DNA from: Azolla caroliniana
Lineage: Eukaryota > Plantae > Polypodiophyta
Assembly: GCA_043228905.1 (NCBI GenBank)
Contig: JBHGNT010000008.1
Span: 8,246,001-8,310,000 of the forward strand
Direction of reading: 5' to 3'
Length of the DNA stretch: 64,000 nucleotides
The position numbers and the translations under genes were made by a program. Positions 50,883 through 62,351 of the stretch are shown piece after piece. The notes beneath the pieces were generated by a model. It was given only the letters and a program-made list of their open reading frames with translations, ran no database searches and was not told where the DNA came from. Position 1 is the first letter of the stretch; the number at the start of each line of letters is the position of its first letter.

Positions 50883-53800
50883 TGTTGGGATTACGGTCCC
50901 TTTCGGATGGGATGGTCGGATGCCCGAAGATGAATGCCGACAAGCCCGGTTGCGGTTTCGGAACCGGATGATGAAGACCCCGGCTTCGGAGCCGGATGAA
51001 GAATGTACCCGGAGAGAGATCCGGATGCAGGGACATATCTGTGAATATGTTTGCCAAGGGCCCTTGAGGCTATAGTTGTAAATAGCCCTAAAGTCATATG
51101 TGTATAAATATGACTTAGGGCAAACAGTTTTATAGTTGCTACTCATTTTTCTGTTTTTCCACTCAAGAGGAGTGAAGAGAGAGCAGCCGTGAGAGAGATA
51201 GAGCGTGAGAGAGGAAGAGGTCGATGCCTCTGTGTAATACCGCCGCCTGTGGCGAGGATAGCGAGCTCAGGGTCGTCGCCTTGCAGCTCGCCATTATATA
51301 TTTCTCTGTGCATAGTTTTGGTTTGGAGTCTTGCACTCCCGTGGTTTTTCCCGTATAGGGTTTTCCACGTTAACCCCTGTGTTATCGTGTCTTTCTCTGT
51401 ATTTCCCATTTTCTGCAACAACGATTCGTGTGTTTCCTCGGTTGTGGCCGAGTGGTGAAGGTGAATCGGAGCGTCGATTCTCAACAAACTGGTATCAGAG
51501 CGAGCTGCTGCAGAAAATGGAAGGCGGCGGCAGCGGGCAGCCGGGGATGATGGTGCTGAATGCGCAGAATTACGCCGACTGGAAGATCAAGATGGAGGAT
51601 CTTCTGATTGTTCGGGACCTGTACGAACCGATTGACAGGTCGAAAATACCGAAGGGGGTACTTGAGTCGGAATGGAGGCTTCTGAACCGGAAAGCCGTTG
51701 CAACCATTCGGCAATACGTCGACGTGAGTGTTCTACAACATGTGGCGAACGACACCAACGCATATGAGATGTGGCGGAAGCTGTCGGGCCTCTACGAGAG
51801 GAAGAATGCGTTGAACCGGACCTCCCTGATGAGGAAGATAGTGAACCTTAAGTACCGGGACGGCGAGAGTATGGTGGAACACGTAAGCACGTTCATGGGA
51901 TTCGTGAACCAGCTTGTGGCGATCAAGTTCCCGTTGGAGGATGCAATGCAAGCCATCATATTGATGTGTACATTGCCGGAAAGCTGGGAGAACTTGGTGG
52001 TGACTCTCAGCACCTCCTGCACCGAAGATAACTTGTCTTTACAAACGGTAAAGACAAGCATTTTGAACGAAGAAGCGCGTCGGAGAGATAAAGAACCGGC
52101 CTCCGATCCGAAGATGCTACTTGCCGAATCGGATCGGGGAAGACAACGGAACCGGAGTCCGCAAAGACGGGAGAAGTCGGGGACCCGGTCGCAGTCAAGA
52201 GGAAGGCCCACATGCTTCCACTGTGGGAAGCCGGGGCACTTCTGAAAGAATTGTCGGCATTACCGAAAAGACAGCGGAGCCGACGACACCGATTCGAAGA
52301 AGTTTTCGGATCGGAACGGTGCTTACCGGGGAGCCACGGACCGGAATGGTTCGGATCGGCGAGGGCAGGACCGGAAAGGAACGACGGCACTCGCGGCAAG
52401 TGAAGAGGAAATCATGCTCATCACCGAAGAAGGTGAACTAAACATTGCCGGCGATGAGACGACCTGGGTGGTCGATTCCGGAGCATCGTTCCACCTGACC
52501 CCGGAGAGAAGATACTTCTCATCCTACACAGTCGGTGAGCATGGCTGTGTTCGGATGGGAAATGAAGGTACGTGCCGGATTGCCGGCATAGGAGACGTGT
52601 GGTTGACAACCTCGACCGGATGCAAAATGCTGCTGAAGGATGTCCGACACGTTCCGGAGGTTCGATTGAACCTGATTTCGGCCGGGAGGCTAGACGATGA
52701 AGGCTACACAGGTAGCATCCGGAACGGCGTAATGAAGTTCAGCAAGGGGAGCCTGATAGTGGCTCGGGCCCGGAAAGTCAACACACTGTACCTTATGAAT
52801 GCCTGGTTGTGTCCAGATGAGTTGAACGTGGCAGCCGACACTGCCGGTGAGTTGTGGCACAAGAGACTGTGGCACATGAGTGAGAAGGGGATGAAGAGGC
52901 TTGCAGAAGACAACCTTATTCCAGTGAAGCATGTGCACCTGGAGAAGTGCACCGATTGCCTGGCTGGTAAGCAGCACCGAACCTCTTTCCACTCAAGGCC
53001 ACCGACGAGACGTAGCGCACCATTGGAGTTGGTGCACACTGATGTGTGTCAGGTAGAAACGAAGTCATATGGCGGAGCCCAGTACTTCGTAACATTCATT
53101 GATGATCACAGCCGGAAGCTGTGGACGGCACCGTTGAAGACAAAGGACCAAGTGTTGTGCGTTTTCAAAGAACTCCACGCGAGAGTGGAAAGGGAATCCG
53201 GCAAGAAGCTGAAAGCGATACGAGCGGATAACGGAGGAGAATACCGAGGGCAATTTGAGGAGTATTGCCGTTCGATGGGAATCCGGCTCGAGTTTACTGT
53301 GCCGAAGACGCCGGAACTGAACGGGCTGGCCGAGAGGATGAACCGGACCATAATGGAGAGGGTCCGGAGTATGCTGGCACATGCGAAATTACCCAAGGGA
53401 TTTTGGGCTGAGGCAATGTCGACGGCGACATATGTGATAAATAGATCACCCTCAGTACCCCTGGATGGAGACACGCCACAGAGAGTGTGGACCGGTAAGG
53501 AAGTGTCCTACCGGCATCTGAAGGTATTCGGGTGTCTCGCATATGTGCATGTGGCAAAGGACCGGAGAGGAAAGCTAGATCCAAAGACCCGGCCATGCAT
53601 ATTCCTCGGTTACGGCGACGACGAGTTCGGCTACCGAGTATGGGACCCGGTCGACAAGAAGATATTCAGGAGTCGAGATATCATCTTCATGGAGGACAAG
53701 ACACTCGCCGACTGGGAGTCGGAGAAGAAGATGAAGAGCTCCAAGTCGACCGGTGAGGATCAACTCTACGAGGAGCAGTCCCGACCGGCAAGGGACCGGT

Positions 53801-56204
53801 TAACACTCGAAGATCCGGCCGAAGACGGTGAAGAAACAGAACCGGCCGAAGAAGATGAAAATGATACCGGAACCGGCCCCGATCCCGAAATGGATTCGGA
53901 TGAAGAAGAATCGGAAGAACCGGTTACCGAAGCTCCGGAACGGAGATATCCTCTAAGAGAGAGAAGGGCCCCCCGGAGATTTCCGGAACCAGAGCACGTG
54001 CTGCTAACCGACGAGGGGGAGCCGGAGAGCTTTGAAGAAGCTAAACTTGACACCCATAGCCGCAGGTGGCTAAGTGCCATGCAGGAGGAGATGGATTCCC
54101 TGCATGAGAACCACACATATGAACTTGTGGAGTTGCCGAAAGGAAAACGGGCACTCCGTAACAAGTGGGTGTTCAAGCTGAAACCGGGAGATGCCGGAAA
54201 CCCCCCGAGATACAAAGCCAGGATCGTGGTGAAGGGGTTTCAGCAGAAGAAGGGCGTCGACTTCGACGAGATATTTGCCCCGGTAGTGAAGATGACCTCC
54301 ATCCGGACGGTGCTGAGCATAGCGGCAAGCATGGACCTCGAGGTAGAACAGATGGACGTGAAGACGGCATTCCTTCACGGTGACCTCGAAGAAGAGATCT
54401 ACATGCTGCAACCGGAAGGATTCGAGAAGAAAGGGAAGGAGCACCTGGTATGCCGGTTGAAGAAGAGCCTTTACGGACTGAAGCAGGCTCCCCGGCAGTG
54501 GTACCGGAAGTTCGACTCCTTCATGACCGACGAAGGGTACCACAAAACGCAGTCTGATCACTACGTGTTTGTGAAGAAGTTCGAAGGAGGAGACTTTCTA
54601 ATACTCCTCCTGTACGTGGACGACATGTTGATCGTCGGACGGGACCAGGTCAAGATACGGATGCTGAAGAAGGCTCTCCACCGAACCTTCTCAATGAAAG
54701 ACCTGGGTCCGGCGAGGCAAATACTAGGGATGCACATCATCCGGGACCGGAAGAAGAAGCAGCTGTGGTTGTCACAGGAGAAGTACGTAACAAAGGTGCT
54801 TCATCGGTTCAACATGTCGGAAGCAAGACCGGTCGGGTCAACACTCCCGACAAACTGCAAGCTGTCCAGCAAGCAAAGCCCCAAGACAAAGGCTGAGAAG
54901 GAGGACATGATGAAAGTACCATATGCCTCTGCCATCGGGAGCTTGATGTACGCAATGGTGTGTACCCGACCGGACATAGGATATGCAGTCGGAGTGGTGA
55001 GTCGGTACATGAGCAATCCCGGCAAAGAGCATTGGAACGCGGCCAAGTGGATACTCCGATACCTGAAGGGCACAGCAAACGTGTGCCTCCGATTCGGCTC
55101 CGGTAAACCCGAACTCGACGGCTTCACCGATTCGGATATGTCGGCTGATGCAGATACCAGCCGGTCCACATCAGGGTATGTGATGACGTATGCAGGGGGA
55201 GCTGTTTCCTGGCAGTCGAGGCTGCAGAAGACGGTTGCATTGTCAACCACGGAGGCGGAGTACATGGCGGCTGTTGAAGCCGGCAAGGAAATAATATGGA
55301 TGAAGGACTTCATTGGAGAGCTCGGTATCCGGCAGGAGGAGTATCGACTCTACTGCGACAGTCAGAGTGCAATCCACCTTGCGAAGAACGCGGCCTATCA
55401 CTCCCGGACGAAGCACATCCAGCGAAGATATCACTGGATCCGGGAAAGGATAGAAGACAAGGAGTTCGTGCTGACGAAGATCCACACGGACGAGAACGGG
55501 TCGGATATGCTGACCAAGGTGCTCACACCCGACAAGCTGGAAGCATGCCGGAAGAGGATCGGATTGGAGAGACATCCCATGCCGAAGTGAAGGGGGAGTT
55601 TGTTGGGATTACGGTCCCTTTCGGATGGGATGGTCGGATGCCCGAAGATGAATGCCGACAAGCCCGGTTGCGGTTTCGGAACCGGATGATGAAGACCCCG
55701 GCTTCGGAGCCGGATGAAGAATGTACCCGGAGAGAGATCCGGATGCGGGGACATATCTGTGAATATGTTTGCCAAGGGCCCTTGAGGCTATAGTTGTAAA
55801 TAGCCCTAAAGTCATATGTGTATAAATATGACTTAGGGCAAACAGTTTTATAGTTGCTACTCATTTTTCTGTTTTTCCACTCAAGAGGAGTGAAGAGAGA
55901 GCAGCCGTGAGAGAGATAGAGCGTGAGAGAGGAAGAGGTCGACGCCTCTGTGTAATACCGCCGCCTGTGGCGAGGATAGCGAGCTCAGGGTCGTCGCCTT
56001 GCAGCTCGCCATTATATATTTCTCTGTGCATAGTTTTGGTTTGGAGTCTTGCACTCCCGTGGTTTTTCCCGTATAGGGTTTTCCACGTTAACCCCTGTGT
56101 TATCGTGTCTTTCTCTGTATTTCCCATTTTCTGCAACAACGATTCGTGTGTTTCCTCGGTTGTGGCCGAGTGGTGAAGGTGAATCGGAGCGTCGATTCTC
56201 AACA
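50883..56204 (+). mobile_element. Young, near-intact Ty1/copia (Tork/Tnt1-like); LTRs 50883-51486 and 55601-56204, TSD GATCC
   Basis: 604-bp LTRs with two substitutions found by eye; PBS TGGTATCAGAGC at 51490-51501; PPT gaagggggag; gatcc on both sides. Confidence 0.98.
51517..55590 (+). CDS. Copia gag-pol polyprotein, single frame with one TGA (52243-52245) in the zinc knuckle
   Basis: CFHCGKPGHF*KNC; WVVDSGAS; FIDDHSR..RADNGGEY; QMDVKTAFLHG; LYVDDM; RTKHI. Confidence 0.93.
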
Positions 56205-56238
56205 GATCCGACCATTCGGTTACTCGTCGCACATTCTG

Positions 56239-59200
56239 ATAACACAAGCTTTGCGAAGGTTGTGTGCGACAACTATGAGGATCTTGTCGAAGAGAAGAGG
56301 AAAAGAACCGGTGAAGAAGATGGCACCTCAAAGCATCACAATACAAGGAATGCAGGGAAAGAAGGACAAGCCCAACCTACGCCACGAAAAGAGATAGGAG
56401 AAACAAGCATGAAGCCCGGTGGATCGAACCAACCTTCTCGGATGGAAGTCAATGAATCTGTGAAGAAAGGAAAGGAACGAGTGGTGCCGACTTACCAGCT
56501 AAGGTCGGACATAGAACAAACAACCAACTTGCGGAAGGTCCTTGAGGAGAAGGTTTTAGACAGTCATGTCGACCTTGCTTTGAGAGACCTACTTGGGATC
56601 GCTAAGAAGGAGTTCCACGATACTATCGTGGACTTGATTAAGCGGAAGCGGCAACAATCGGATGAAGAAGAGGTGAAAACAAGTGCCATAACCATGGCAA
56701 GATCCAAAGAGGAGGAGGAAGAAGAAGTGATGGCGGACAACCATTACTCTCGGCCTCATTGGGCAAGAGCGACAACGGAGACGCCGGTGAAGATCGGAGA
56801 GAAGAAGGAGACCGTGGTAGCCTTGATTGACCATGGTTCGGAGATCAACCTCATGTCGACCAAATTCTACAAGAAAGGAAGATGGCCGATCAACACAAAC
56901 CACGGATGGAAGATACGAGCGGCAACAAAGGCCACGGAAGATTTGTATGGAGCTTGCCCCAATGTTAAAGTCACAATCGGAGATGTGGAGATGGATCAAC
57001 ACTTCTTCGTGCAAGACTCGGCTTCACATCCCGTCATCCTAGGACAACCATATATCACATCGCCCCGGATGGAGACTAAGGTGTTCGATGATGGAGCGGC
57101 CTTCGCGCGAGTCAAGAGCCTTGACAACCAAAGATCTGTTCAATTCCTTACGGTGCGGGCTAATCACGAAAGGAACCGAGATAGCCTTGGAGGCGAATCC
57201 TCGGATTTTTAGAGCGGACTATTGAAGCGTGGGACACAAATAGTTCGAGCAATCATAAGTCCCCACAAGGAAGCGAAATAAGTGGATCGCAAGGAGAAGC
57301 AACATGTGTGACACCTAGTGGCGCATGTAAACTAACACTACTCAACAAGAAGGACAAGCATCGGATACAAGACTTCGAGAAGATGCTGAAAGAAGAAAGC
57401 ATAATCGAAGAAGAAGAATTCATGTCTCATATTCTAGAGGAAGCCTCATTTAACGACACCATTGGCGAAATCGAGGAAGTCATGGACTTGAGCTACCCTC
57501 ACGATCAAAATGTGATTTCGGTTAACTCTATCAACATGTACGCTATCATCGATGAATATCATCGAGGCATCTTGATGGAGGAAGCTGAAGTCAACACAAA
57601 ATATAAAACGGTGGATAAGAAGATCAAGCCAGTTGCGGTTCCGCTACCGGAAGATAGCTGGTAGAAGATGAAGGAAGTTGCTAATGATCCGAGCTTAAGG
57701 GATCCAAAGGCAATAGGTCATGACTTCACCAAAGAGACAAAAGGAAAGCTACAAGTTGGAAGGGAAGATTTCCTTCTCCCCGAAGAGGAGAGAATGTTCC
57801 GCGGAATGCTTGAGAGACATGGGAAAGCCTTTGCCTTCTCTCCACAAGAGATCGGATGTGCCGACCCGAAGATGATATAGCCGATGGTGATTTTTACGGT
57901 GCCGCATGTACCTTGGAACCTCAACCTGATACCGGTTCCAAGAGCTCACATTCCAAAGTTGATTGAGCTTCTAAAGGAAAAGGTTAGGATGGGAATTCTT
58001 GAGCCATCCAATGCTCCCTACTCTAATAGATGGTTTACGGTGCCGAAGAAGAATGGGTCCTTATGCTTTATACAAGATCTCCAACCTGTCGACAAGGTGA
58101 CGATCCGAAATGCCGGAATTGGTCCAAGCATGGATGAATTTGCCGAAGCCTTCGCGGGAAGATCGATCTATTCCATTGGTGATCTCTACTCAGGTTATGA
58201 TCAATTTCAATTGGTCGTCGATAGTAGAGATATAACGACAATGAGGACGCCGATCGGGTTGGTAAGGATGTGCACCTTACCCCAAGGTGCGACAAATTCC
58301 GTAGCCCACATGGTGAATGCCATGAACAAAGTGTTGAGGGATTGTATCCCTGATATCACAATGCCCTTCTTAGACGACATTCCAATCAAAGGATGCTTGG
58401 TGGAAGAAAAAGATGAATCGAAAGATGACGATGGTTGCCGAAGATTCGTCATCGATCATATAAAGGATAGCGAGAAGGTGTTGCAAAAGCTTGAGGATGC
58501 GAATCTCACGTTTTCGGGAGAGAAGTCTGCATTCGGTCAACCAGAAATATTGGTAGTAGGACACTTATGTGGGTCTTATGGCCGGAAGCCATCTCCATCC
58601 AAGGTGAACGTTATTCAAGAGATGAAAGAAGAATGCGTGTCTCAAACGAAGGTGCGAAGATTCTTGGGAGCATGTGCATTCTATCACATATGGATTCCAC
58701 ATTATGCCCATGTCGTTGAACCATTGTATGGACTATTAAAGAAAAGGAAGAAGTTTGAATGGGAAGATGAGCATACCTACGCGATTCGAAAGCTAAAGAA
58801 ACTATTATTGGAAGCTCCAGCACTGTGCAAAGCCGACTACACCGATGGTACTCCGATATATGTGACGGTGGATACGAGCCCAACAGGAATTGGATGGGTG
58901 ATGACAAAGAAAAGAATCGGTATGCAATCTGATTCGATGTGAAGGTGTTAACCGAAAGACAAAGGAAGTATGCTCAAGTAAAGAGAGAGCTATGGGGAAT
59001 AGTATCCGCGATTAAAACCGACCGTGACTACCTTATAGGAACAGAGGTCATAATCGAAATCGACTGTCTACCTATTCTCGAAATGATATCCGGTTGTACT
59101 ACACCGGATACTGCTATGCTGCAATGGATTGCCAATATCAAGTCCCTCAACCCCGAGATTCGGCATATAAATGGGAAGCATAATGTGGTGGCCGATATGT

Positions 59201-60650
59201 TGTCAAGGGCGAGGTATCAGGGTGAAGAAGATTTGCACTCCAACAAAGAGGATGTTGGCCTAAACTTCTTTATGGTTTCTTGTGCTCAGGTGCTAACAGT
59301 GTTCAAAGTAGAAGATTATGAGGGTGAATTCATCGAAATTGGCAAATACTTAAGCTCTCTTACAAAAGATGAATCATGGTCAAAGGAAGACTTCTACCGA
59401 ATTAGGAAGAAGGCCTACAAGTTCTTCCTCAAAGAAGGACATCTATGGAAGATTCCGAAGAAGAAGAATGGAACTCCACTTCGAGTGGTGTGCAAGAAAC
59501 AGGATCAACAAACACTAATTGCTGAATTTCATGATACTGTGTGGGCAGGTCATCGTGGTATATGGGCAACATTTGCAAAGCTCAAGAGAAGTATTGGTGG
59601 TCGGGTGTTTACAAAGATGTAGCAAGCTATATTGAAACATGTGAGCAATGCCAATTATACTCGAATATTCAACATAGGGATGAACTTCATCCGACATATC
59701 CATTATCAATGCACTATAAGTGGTGGGTAGACATAGTGGTTATGCCAATGGGATTGGGGCAAATGAAATATCTCGTGCTAGCAAGAGAGGATCTCACCAA
59801 CCAAGTAGAAGGACGGGCGCTAAGGAATAAAACAACTTCGGCGGTTTGTAGGTTTCTCCTTGAAGATGTTATTTGTCGATACGGATGTGTCGGCAAAATA
59901 GTGGCCGATAGAGGAGAATTAGATGCGAATGAAGCTAAAGAGTTCTTTTCAAGAATTGGCGTCAAATTATCGCTCACCATGGCATACAACCCGGACGCAA
60001 ATGGGAACGTGGAACGAGGACATAATCCAATTGTAAAAGCTCTAGCAAAGGCTTGCGACGGCAAGATGGGAAATTGGCCACGATTACTACCTTATGCATT
60101 GTGGGCAGATAGAACTACACATAGCATGACTACGGGATATATGCCCGCCGAACTCATATTAGGACAAAAACCAATAATGCCTATTGAGCAAAGTGTTGCT
60201 TCGTGGACGTCTTTGCCATGGCAAGAGGAAATGAGTCGAGAAGACTTGCTAGCCACGAGGATTCAACAATTAGAACGAAGGCCCGAAGATGTCCAGTTGA
60301 CAATAGAATGGTTGCGCCAAGCTCGATTGAAGAACAAGGAGAATTTTGATAGAAAGCATCGTCTTCGACAAAGAAAAATTGAAGAAGGAGATTGGGTTCT
60401 TGTCTATGATAGTAGTCTCGATAATCAATATAGCACTACTCGAAAGTTCACAAAACGATGGTTTGGCCCGTATATGGTCAAGAAAATAGAAAGCAATGCA
60501 ACCTATTTTTTAGCGGAGTTAGATGGAACTCGACTTGCTTTGCCAATAGCAGGGAAGAGGATCAAGATCTTTAAGAGAAGAGAAGCCCCAAATCTTGAGA
60601 TCGAAAATCTAGATGATGTATCCTCGAACATCGAGGTTGAAGAAGAGTAA
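56239..60650 (+). pseudogene. Gypsy gag C-terminus and protease (to 57212), then -1 frame pol (RT, RNase H, integrase) with a few lesions
   Basis: LIDHGSEINL; GDLYSGYDQF, LPQGATNS, FLDDIP; VDTSPTGIG; HDTVWAGH..CEQCQ; VADRGEL; RWFGPY. Confidence 0.92.
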
Positions 60651-61099
60651 TTAAAAAAGAGGAACCTCACCACAATTGGCACATACCGGTGGATGTGCAG
60701 GTTTGGTGGGGGTGAATGTCGTGTGGTTTTTCACACACGATATGAAAACTAGTAAAATAATTATTTACGATTAGCTTAATATATGGATATGGAAAGATAG
60801 ATGTGTTCAAGAGCTTTATAGCATATTTTACTACGCATAAAACGGATAAACAAGTATCAAGTTATGTGAGTGTGAAGTTTCAAGAAAAGAAAAGAAAATA
60901 CAAAACTGTGAGATATCCCACATAGATAAGACAACATTGGAACCCAGAATATATAAGGGAAACCAAAACATATTCATTCTATCAGTGTGTGGAGCATAGA
61001 ATGTTCAAGGTGACTTGGGCTACACTATGTGGTGGAAGTTTTCGAATGTACGTCTTCGGATGTATGTCTTCGTATGTATGCCCGTGTGCAAGTTTCGGG

Positions 61100-61680
61100 C
61101 GTATGTGTGGACATTTCAGATGGACGTGTATGTGCGGACGAGCACGTGGACACGTGTGTGCACACGTGCGCATGCGTTGATGCGTACATTACGGCGTGAT
61201 TGAGACTTTTGCGCGCGAATGCGTACACGGTGCGGGTTGGACATGCGCGCGTGTGGATGTGTACACTACGGCACGGTCGGGATGCGCGTTGTGCGAACGA
61301 GCACGCGGACACATGTGTGCGCACGTGCTCATGCGTTGATGCGTACACTACGGCGCGATCGAGACTGTTGCGCGCGGATGCGTACACGGTGCGAGTTGGA
61401 CGTGCGCGCGTGTGGATGTGTACACTACGGCGTGGTCGGGATGCGCGTTGTGCGGACGAGCACGCGGACACGTGTGTGCGCACGTGCTCATGCGTTGATG
61501 CGTACACTACGGCGCGGTCGGGACGCTTGCGCGTGGATGCGTACACGGTGGGGTTGGACGTGCGCGCGCGTGGATGCGTACACTACGGCGCAGTCGGGAC
61601 GCGCACATGCGTGGATGCGTACACTACTACGCGGTCGGGACTTTTGCGCGCGGAAGCGTCTACGGTTTGGTTGCGACGCA
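61100..61680. repeat. CpG-rich higher-order tandem array (~120-bp period) in the 3' LTR
   Basis: cgagcacgcggacacgtgtgtgcgcacgtgctcatgcgttgatgcgtacactacggcg recurs at about 61138, 61297 and 61456, interleaved with shorter related units. Confidence 0.75.
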
Positions 61681-62351
61681 CGTACGGATTGCGCACGGGC
61701 TAAACTTTATTGATGATTGTGTCATTTGGCTGAATTATACGGACAATCGCATGCAACCAAAACCCAAGGCCATGCAACTAAAAGTAAAAGGCATGCATCT
61801 AAAAATGGAAGCATGCAACTAAAAGCAGAGGCCATGCAACTAAAAATAGAGGCCATCCAACTAAAAGTGGGCATGCAAAGTAACATTGGGGAGGGGGATA
61901 AACGAGGAGCTCGATTATATGTCTCTTTTTTTTCCCTCCTAGTTTTTTTTTTTTCCCCTTCTCTTTTCTTCCCTCTTGGATTCGAGAAAGAAATTATCTC
62001 ACATATTGATATCAAACTCTTAACTTTGTTTACTCGATCTTTCTGGTCAAAAATTATCTCTCGTATTCATATCAGACCACTCCTTGCATGGTTGTTGGCT
62101 CCTTTCTTTGAAAAATTAATCTCTCATTTCCATACCCAACCCATTGTAACACGATTCTGAAATGATAAAGAATCGATTTTCTTTTGCAATAAACGAATGA
62201 TTTGTCTCTCCCACTTGTCTTATGCTTAAAACTTGCTTTTGTTGTACATGTTGCTCTAAATCCTTCTAGTCTAGAACCCCGGCGGTTCCGTCTCACGATC
62301 CGCACATAGTGACGGATTTTCATGACAACGCATGCGCGTAACAACGCGACA

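Larger units (their letters stand above)
36619..62327 (+). mobile_element. Gypsy (same family) with nested insertions: truncated 5' LTR 36619-38040, gag scrap 38041-38152, gag-pol 56239-60650, 3' LTR 60717-62327; 4-bp TSD acgt/acgc
   Basis: Both LTRs start tgtcgtgtggtttttcaca and align through gcaataaacgaatgattt; 3' LTR ends catgaca; flanks rejoin into the LTR starting at 35925. Confidence 0.85.

Noticed and set aside
51331-51516. N-terminal extension of gag as annotated in the ORF track (also 56049-56238)
   Set aside because: Starts within the LTR at a non-ATG codon; the plausible start is the ATG at 51517 after the PBS.
52243-52245. Programmed stop-codon readthrough between gag and pol
   Set aside because: The TGA falls inside the CCHC knuckle, lacks a CARYYA-type context and is best explained as a point mutation.
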